Assembly: GCA_964035545.1 (NCBI GenBank) | Contig: OZ037768.1 | Span: 18,583,700-18,647,699 of the forward strand | Direction: 5' to 3' | DNA from: Bugula neritina | Lineage: Eukaryota; Animalia; Bryozoa | Length of the DNA stretch: 64,000 bases | Shown: one piece after another, positions 55,301 through 64,000 of the stretch | Numbering within the stretch: the first letter of the stretch is position 1 | How the letters are laid out: each line of letters starts with the position of its first letter | Notes under the pieces: model-generated | The model's input: the letters and a program-made list of their open reading frames with translations, nothing else | The model's database searches: none | Told to the model about the DNA's origin: nothing | Program-made: the position numbers and the translations under genes

Positions 55301-58300
55301 TATTATGTTAAGTAGTTACAGTTCATTGAGAAGACAACTTTAGTATGAAAGGCAAGTTAGGAAGCGTCTAAATATACGAGAAAAAAGTTAACTTAAACAA
55401 AAGACGCTTAATTGATTTCTCTCTGCAATAAATTTAAACATAATTGTTGTGTATTTTGCATGATTGGATAAAAATAAACTTTAACACTTTGAATGTTCAC
55501 AAGCATGTGCTAAAGAAATCATTGTTATCAACAGCTGTAATGTATGCAACAAGTAAATATCTAGAAAAAGAAGTTTCTAATAAACAAAATGCTACATAAA
55601 TACTGTCTTATAATGAAATATTTCGTAAAGTAAAGTTTACCAGACTTACATTAATCTGACACCATCTGCAATGCAGACCAGTTATTCCAGTTTTTATTGT
55701 CTTTCGACACTTGAAGCATTTGCCAGCACAATTACCTTCCACCCAGTGATGCAACATCGGCTAAAATATTATGTTAGTAAAAATTTAAACATCAATAGAA
55801 TTTCTTTCAATGACAAAATTGCAAAAGATGTTACATTAAACCACATGATAATTAAACATTGAGGATTATGAAAGAAAAACATTCTAGTTGATAAACCACG
55901 ATTGGGTATTCCTAAAGAGTAGACAACTCTCTAACAGCCTACAGATCAATCTATATATTCATATAAAAGTGGGAAATATACTGATTAGCCTAATGCGGGA
56001 GAATTGACATATAGAGGTGAAGCAGGACCCTGAAGTACAGAATATAAAGTGTACATGTGCACGCAGTACTTACAATGTTTATGTACATAACTACAGTGTG
56101 TATACAGTAACAACATCTATGCGTACCTCTTTGTCACTACTGTTGCTCTAAGATTTCACAAATAATAAAAATAGAGTGTATGACACACTAAATATTAGCA
56201 AGATAATTTGACAGGAAGGTATTTAGACTGTTATCTGATTTTCTCTGCTGCCTAGACCAGCTGACACTGTGTCAAGGCCTTCTGAAACGCAGCACTTGTT
56301 TTAGCTATCACATTCTAGACAGTATGATAAAGTTTTGCATCCTGTAAAAGTATATTATACTGAAAATTCCAGAAAAAATATCCTTTAACCTTTCATATTA
56401 TGTTCAAATAACCCTAACCGATTAAGATAAACAGATGATGCCTGGTGAACTATTGCTTTATCAGAGAAATTGAGATGTCTAGCCATACAATTAAAACAAA
56501 TATTTTAAAGAACTATCAACTGTGAAAATAGATTCCATGAAAAACTTTTTAAAAAAAATTAAGCAATTTTAAAAGTTAGAGCTAGAAGAAATAGCAAATG
56601 CACATAGCATTGTTCTGTTCTTGCAAACTCTATGTTACAACTTCTCTGTTATCAAAAGTTTTGGTTGATAAGTTTTCTTTATAAAACACTTTAAATGTTT
56701 GCAATCAAAAAATTCGAGCACAAAAATTTTATGTACTCAAGAAATCTTTATATATCTACTAAAGCGTTACTTGATAGTGGCCCAAAGTCAGTTGGAAAAA
56801 TTGTGACTTTAAAGTAGCTATACCTTTCGTGACAAAATCAAATCTAATTCATACTAACATATTTTTAAATGCAGCAAAAAGTATAAATGGTGGACTTACT
56901 GGAGTATTCTTTCTAGATTTGGTGTAAGTAGTAATACAGCATGCAGGAGCACGTGAAGCACATCTTTCATGGACAGTATATTTACAGACTGCAAAACAAC
57001 GAGACATCATAACACATACACATGTGAGAACGTGAAAGTAGACCAAATTACAAGCGATAATTAGCACTAAACTCAAAACCTGGTTAGTAAACTTGCCCAC
57101 TTGTTACTGCGCATAGCAAATGCAAAAAACATAGCAATAAAACTTCCTAGTAAAGGAAAGTTAGAATTTTTGAATACATTCTTCAAAGAAAAGCTTACAT
57201 TTACAAGAAAGTCCTTGTTTGCCAAAGACAACTAAAAGATTACGACAGAGATTACAGTATGCTCTTTTAGTGAAGTGTTTAAGACGCCAGACATGAGAGC
57301 CATCATCTTGAACATTCTAGAAAGTAGAGCATATGCATAACATCTGTAAACAGCAGTTATTTCAGGGTTTGTCTCCTCGTCAGCACAGAACAAAGTACAA
57401 TAAAACAAATTAATGATTTTACGAAAGCATGTTATACTAAAACACTGCACTATTCTACTGTATAACATGTAAATAGTTCCTCTTGACTTTGGCAAAAATA
57501 TACACAAATTGAAAAAAGAAAACTATCTCTAAAAGCCTCAACAAGGTAGTTTACTGACAATAAAATGCAAACAAGTTGATTATCACACCCAGAATAATCC
57601 ATAAACAATTCCCAAAGCTTAAAATATTTTCAGATACAAAAAAAGTAAAGAAATTCATCTGAGAATGAAATATTTCCTCTGCTACTCACTGCCTATATTT
57701 TAGTTTGAAAATAACATTTGCTATTCCCCATAATAGAATAGGAGAGGAAAGGACAAAGCGGAGATAGGTGAGAAAAATAATAGAAAGCAGTAGAAACCTT
57801 ATCAAGTCCAAGTAAGACCAATAAAGGGATGCTAGTCATACCACCCCTCTTCCACTCTTCAATAGTAACCATACCATCAGAGTCATAGTCTATCTCTTGC
57901 ATCATTTCCTGAAGAATCTACAAACCACGCCCATCTGGTGAATACAATTTTGTACCGTATACTCTAGTTGACTTTTTATCACAAAAATAAAAAACGTTGT
58001 ATAATCAGGCTAGCTGTAAACATAAATTAGATCAAATTTTAAAAAGTCACTCCAATTTAATTCAGACAGGAAAGTTCATAAGTTCATCAATGCATTTAAA
58101 AATAAACAATATTCTAACAAATTTTCTTCAGACATAGTTCGAAGGTGACAGTTTAATTTGAGAAATCATTCATAACCAAGCTAAGACTATCATAATTTAG
58201 AAATAAAGGGTGCATATCAAAGAAAGTTGCAAAAATAAAATTATTTGCTCCTTGGTAAATACACACATGTTCATGAGAAACAATTGAACGTAAAATAAGA

Positions 58301-61300
58301 TTAAGGTGATCTCTATATAATTAAACTTTTTACAACATACAACATTTCTTTCAAAAATAAAATTTTAGCAGTATTTTTTTAAATACACAAATTAAAGCTG
58401 AACGCTATAATAACTCGACACAGTACTTAGATCACAGCCATTATTTTTTATGTGATGTATTGAGATGTAAGGATCACTTAAAATGTAGGCAAATATCATA
58501 ACAGATAGATGGGCAGAAAAACTGCAGAATTGATAAAGAAGAATACTTTTCTATCGGCTGCAGCTTTCACAATGTCGTATAAAGCACTTCTTGGCAGGTA
58601 AAGTTGGCCCTAATTACACAATACTAAATGTTAAGACAAAAAGGCACAAATACTATCTCCGGGTTAATTAAGCAGAACCTTATGTTACAAGTGTTTAGAT
58701 TTGCATTATGCAGCATATTTCACTAAAACTGAGTAAATCGGACACTATTTGCCATCCATTCTTATCTTATAATACCATAAGCATAGGACTTCCCCAAACA
58801 AGCTATTGTCAACATGGGGGGCTTCCCTTACCGGCTCCAACTCTGAGACATCCCATCCAAGATATTTTGCTACCAACATCATTTGGTTAATAATGTTATC
58901 CACCTCCTGAAATAAACATCAGAACAAATACTATAATCCTTTTTATAATATAATTTATATATTACATCACTTTATAAAAGTGCCTTCATACTTTTTAGAG
59001 AATCTTATTCGTGTAAAAGCAGTATACTTGAACAGCATAGTCAAAAATAGATATATAGTTAAATAAAATCAACACCTTTAGGGCAGACGTCAAAATCTAT
59101 ACATTTTCCAATACTTTTCACCCAATTAACTTATGAGCCGGCAATGTGAATGGGTCACCAACTCTTTAATTAGAATGTTGCACAAGTCAGCTGGCAGTTG
59201 CAACACTAATTAGCATGGATATTGAATTTATTGTGGGCGACAAGTCACGAAGAGAATTTGCATATTTCAATAATCTTCGTTTCATATTAGTTAATGATTG
59301 CTGAAGCTACTTAAGAAACCGCATCACATTTTCTTTGTATACTACACTGATGCAATATACGATCAATACGGCCCGTACAAAATAATTTGCTGTACAGAAT
59401 CAAAATGTTGAAATGTGTAGCACATGGGTTTATTTGAATGAAAATACTGACACACTGTTATCAATTCCATATCTAAAAAAGTCTACGTTATATCTGAAAT
59501 ACATATAATACAGTTTCCTTTAAGTGCAGTAATAAAATTTTTTAACAGCCTAAGTTTTTTTAAATTCCTTAGTTTTGGTTGGGGTACAAGGTGAGAACAT
59601 AATCTATATTTTTCATCTAGAACACAGGCTTTTCACAAATATCTCCATCACTGCACCCCCTCTAGCATTTCTAATGTTTGATTGAACTAGCAAAACCCTC
59701 TGTTAAAGTAGTTCTATTATTAGAGTGTACAGTGTACAGGTAGAGGAGGCAGTATTCCTATTATAAGAGAGAACTAAGGGTGAGAATAAAGTTACCTTGC
59801 TATCCAGTACACCATTGCCATCAGAGTCGTACAACTTGAAAGTAACTACAAGAAAAACAGAAGAAGATATATTTCTTATTTATTGAGATAGCTTGAACCT
59901 TTCAATGTTGTCATTGATGTACATTTATTGTCAGAAACAAGCAAGTAGCCACATCGTCAGCTTTACACAAACACTTTATATATGACAGCAGTATCTAGGT
60001 TGCAGATAATGCTTAGGTTTATGCAACATAATTTAATTAAAGGTAGTGACATGTCTTGAAAATGTGTCAAAAATACTAGATTCCATTATTCATTCTCACA
60101 TCTCTATATTCTAGAGTGACACTACGTGGGCAAGAGGCACAGGATCGTATTGCACATCCTTTTCAAAACTTTTTTGCCAAAATACTAGTCAATTTTATTT
60201 GCCTATGTCTTCATCTGATATGAAATCATATATCCAACACATACTATAATGATATTACAAAATAAATATTACTATATTACACAATATACGGCCATTCAGG
60301 GTTATTTCCCCAAACAGTAGTTTAAGCAAATGTTAACTATCAGAGTTAAGGGCAGCTCTTTTATCTAGGTGATTTCACCAGCGTAGTAATTATTAGAAAA
60401 TGATGAAAATTTGGAGCTTACAACTCCAGGGTGTCTTTTTCCCCAAAAATGATTCCAAATCAAAATTTTAAGTACGACAAAATATTACAAGATTTATGCA
60501 AACATGATTAACTATCCCATGATGCTGTTTCTAAAAAAATACTTAATTGCTTCATTTTCTTTGCAAAGAATAGTTGCAAAAAAGCATACCCAGAGTGTTG
60601 TCTGCAAATACTGGAACAACAGGCTGGGTTCTCTTACCCCCTCATTATACTTTATATGGCAAATAGAAACTACTGCCAAGCTTTCTAATTCAATTAGTAA
60701 TAAGTTAGTTAACCCCTTTTCTATTTATAAGTTGGCAAAGTGTTAGCCCTTATATGATAGCATGCAGGTAGGGGTGCTATGATTACTTTCTGATGAAAAC
60801 ATATTACTGATGGGGGAATTGTAATAACTATAGCACAGTGTAATGTAGAGTATAATAGTATAACTATAGCACAGTGCAATGTATGGTAGAGTACAATAGT
60901 ACATTCAAGTTTCTCTTCCACAGTTCCAGCCTCCAGGAGAGACATGTAGCAGATGACATCTTTAAGCATGATAGTTCCTGATTTAAGTGCTAAGTCGGCC
61001 ATTGTTTTTGCTAGTTCTTTAGATTTAGAAGGTGTATTGGAATGTCTTCTAGAGCGACCTTCAGGGTCCTGCCCACTGAAAGTACTGCTTTTTGAATCTG
61101 TAATAAAAATACTTTTTACAAAATTAAAGAAATTTTAAGATAAATTAGTCATATTACTAAATTGGATAAAATTTATGCTATTGTTCTTCACAGGTAAACT
61201 ATTAGTTCAGTGAACATTTAAAGTATTGAGTGAGCAGAGACTTCAATAACTGAAACTCATTACAATTTAGACTCAAACATATTATTATGAGTCAGACTTA

Positions 61301-62141
61301 AATTGATTGCACAAGAATCGTTAGTTTTGTTCTCCAACAAATGTTCTAAGCTAGTGGCTGCTTAATATATAGTACTCTTGTCTAGCAAAGCCTTAGGCGT
61401 AAATCAGAATGAAAAATTATAAACTCCACTCCAATTTGCAACTTTAAAAATACTGCAAGAACTTGAGTTATGGAAATCACGTTAGGCTAATTGAATGTTA
61501 CCTGCTGCAGGTGCTGCTGCTCTAGGTATGCTGCCACCATCTGGTTTTATAAACGTTAGGAAAAGGCCTTGACATAGCTCTTCAGGAAAGTCAGTGTCAA
61601 AGTAAGACTGCATAAATACCCTGAATCCCTCGTAGTCAATAGGCTACAACACAGTCAAGCATACTGGGTGTTATACTGTTATAGTCATTTTAACAATACT
61701 AATGAGTACTGGAATATACCATTGATTACACATATCACTACTATGAATGTAGCAAGCTGCATGTTGTACCACTATCCCAATATTATATAGGTATGTTAAA
61801 TGTTATAATAATATGTTAAAAACCTTCGATAGTTCGAAAGTTATTAGTATATTGTAACTGCAAAAAAGTTTAGATGTTGCTTGATTGAGTCTAACATCTA
61901 AAAATCCACTCAAACCTTTCACTATATAAACATGAATGTTGCATCAGTATTGCGTGCAAAGGAGGATGTTTGGTCAACTCATAGAGTGGGAGGCACCTGA
62001 CCAATGTGTCAGAAGAGGCACCAAAACCAGACAAGGAGGTGGAGCAAACAAGTTCTGCAAGTACCTGTTCATGGTTATATCTTGACATGTTGCCAGTTCT
62101 TTCAAACTCTGCCAATACATCTGCCAGTTTGTGTCCAGTAT
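51820..62141 (-). CDS. DGK: Type I diacylglycerol kinase (N-terminal RVH region, 2 EF-hands, 2 C1 domains, catalytic and accessory domains); first coding exon not identified in the window. Exons 62141-62065, 61643-61502, 61097-60903, 59845-59796, 58906-58832, 57917-57798, 57316-57199, 56988-56900, 55760-55650, 55279-54877, 54562-54306, 53562-53407, 53216-53036, 52640-52459, 51906-51820
   Basis: [110 protein letters not shown]. Confidence 0.95.
52064..52395. repeat. Compound (TAA)n/(TA)n/(CA)n microsatellite enclosing a ~90-bp insert
   Basis: Visible directly. Confidence 0.95.
52245..52291 (+). ncRNA. Minimal type-I hammerhead ribozyme (Penelope-like element/retrozyme type)
   Basis: UCUGUG-CUGAUGA-GGGG acaaa UCCC-GAAA-CAG cug CUG-UC-CACAGA. 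All core nucleotides and stems I-III are present; GUC cleavage triplet at 52283-52285. Confidence 0.8.
52870..52920 (+). repeat. Decayed copy of the hammerhead-bearing repeat
   Basis: ttgtg CTAATGA ggagacaaaccct AAAA cagttactatac: core mutated; followed by a (CA)/(CG) microsatellite at 52960-53025. Confidence 0.65.
54632..54720 (+). mobile_element. tRNA-derived SINE head in a DGK intron
   Basis: A box TGGTGTAATGG, B box GGTTCGAATT, poorly paired cloverleaf; second copy at 12.7 kb. Confidence 0.7.
57342..57392 (-). repeat. Partly decayed hammerhead copy, sense to the DGK pre-mRNA
   Basis: ttctgtg CTGACGA ggagacaaaccct GAAA taactgctgtt tacaga: core intact, stems II and III mismatched. Confidence 0.7.
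60820..60895. repeat. Short tandem duplication (taactatagcacagtg-aatgta)
   Basis: Two adjacent near-identical units beside a DGK donor site. Confidence 0.7.
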
Positions 62142-64000
62142 CTGCAGATAGAAATTGTCAAGAAAGCTTTATATTTAGAAAACTTTCGCAACACTGGCGT
62201 AGCTAGGTGATGCAGATAGCCAAGGTGATATTTTTTTAAGGATAAATTGTTTATAAACACAGAAAAGCATATGCAATTTTATATCAGGACTTCAACGCAG
62301 TTTGCAAAATACTTTATGGTAGTAAATTAGAAAAAACTTTTATTTAAAATGAACAACCCCACTTAGTAATGCTATGCAAGCAGAAGCAGTAGCCAGCAGT
62401 ATATAGATGCCCGACATCTCCCAGTGCCATGTACTATGAAAATTATCAAAATAAATCTTGCTGAAAGCATTTTAAAGTAACATAAAATAAAATAATTGAA
62501 GCAAGCAGCTGCCACAACAATGCAGCACTATCTATTACCCAGCACAGTACATATCCACAAATACTCCTCCAATATGATCATCAAGTACCCACTATGTTTT
62601 TACAAACATCTAAATGCTGATTATTAGAAAGTGGGTGTAAAAATGTGAGTCTATTTTATTAAGACTGCAGTACTTAACATTTCCTATTGTAAATCTATCA
62701 ATTAGCTAACTCAGCTAAAGCCAAGAAAATAATTACAACTATTGTTTCTGTGTTAGCAGCAGCTGGTTTGCAGCTTGTACTAGTAGTTTCTTTTAACAAA
62801 CACTGCGTTGTAATAACATCTATAGTATAAGGCATGATAGGTTTAAAAAAACTGGCAATTGCATGGCAAAGTATAAACACATTAACACATTAGTACATCT
62901 TTACGTACTACATATTTCGACAGCATGTAACTGAAAAGCTGGCAAGAGTTAAGCTAATCGTGAATAGCTGCTTTACAAACATATTACTGACAATGTATAA
63001 CCAGTGTATAAACTGTGCAGTTGCAGGACTTCTACAAACCTATTTTCTATAGTTTGTACTTTTGTAAATTAGAATGTTACTAGCAAAAAGCTGCCGAGGA
63101 GATTTTTTTAACCAGAGAAAAAATGTGGTTGGAATAATTCAGATTGCTTTACCAAAATAATAGAGTAACTCTAAAAATGCTTGTTTTTTAAAAAACTTGC
63201 TTCCTATTGGCTTATATTAAAGCATGCTTGTTATCTATCATTTGATTAGCTGGGCTGATCAGCTCCATATGCAGACCGCACTACTTCTGTGCACAGGTTG
63301 CACAATTCTGTCTGCACATCCTTTGAGACTGTCTGCTGCAAACGACTTACTGCTCAGAATACTGAGATGAAGTAGATACAGTTGAACTTAGAAACTAGGG
63401 ATGGTCACTAAATTTCCACAAAACATCATATCAAATAGGAAATATCAACTCCCAGTAGATCATTCGTCTGTAGTTTTGTAAAAAAGATCTATAATGATTT
63501 GTTCTGTAAATTACTTAAGAAAAATCATTAGAGAGTAAAATAAATAAATTACTATTAGTGCAGAGGGAATAGGGATGTTATAGATTCAAGATTTTGAAAC
63601 TAGCAATAGCATTATAATTGCTAAGGTTTCCTCATTGCATAGAGGAAAGACGTGATTGAGACGCTATTTATCTGAGAGTGGAGTGATGAAATACTCGTAG
63701 ATCTATTTATATAATGCTTGACTTGCACTGCTTTATATAGTTGTAGGAACATTATAAACCTGGATCTAATCAAATAAGGAGATAATGAGGATATATTAAA
63801 ACAATTGACTTGGTATTGCAAGCACTCACTCTGAGCCCATACAAAACATAATTCTGTCCAGTCTAGTTATCACATTGATATATTTTATGACTGTGCTTTT
63901 ACTAAAACATTGCTAGTGCTACTATGTGGTGGAGGTGGGAACTTAATGATAAGAAAATAGATATTCTTTCTTCTTAGTTTTAGAGGAGAAACGTCTTCAA

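Overview
AT-rich, intron-containing animal genomic DNA, probably invertebrate (GT-AG introns, one U12-type intron, microsatellites, tRNA-derived SINEs). Gene models were spliced by hand. In order, the window holds: (1) the 3' end of an unknown + strand gene; (2) a small type-I membrane protein with a Grindelwald/TNFR-like cysteine-rich domain, a cytoplasmic PQQAT TRAF-binding motif and kB sites upstream; (3) a diverged tandem duplication with a conserved exon-like core; (4) a C2H2 zinc-finger pseudogene; (5) a 7-exon, ~1289-aa ankyrin-array/caspase fusion with an intact His/Cys dyad but a non-canonical SCCRG motif and remodelled S1 pocket, the most striking item; (6) INSIG with a U12 intron, head-to-head with (7) TRAIP; (8) a small disordered SILK-motif protein; (9) a carbohydrate-sulfotransferase-fold protein lacking its PAPS-binding motifs; (10) an unknown coiled-coil protein; (11) most of a type-I diacylglycerol kinase, whose introns carry one intact and two decayed minimal hammerhead ribozymes. 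All exon borders come from reading-frame continuity and splice consensus, and family assignments from recalled motifs. No database search was run.
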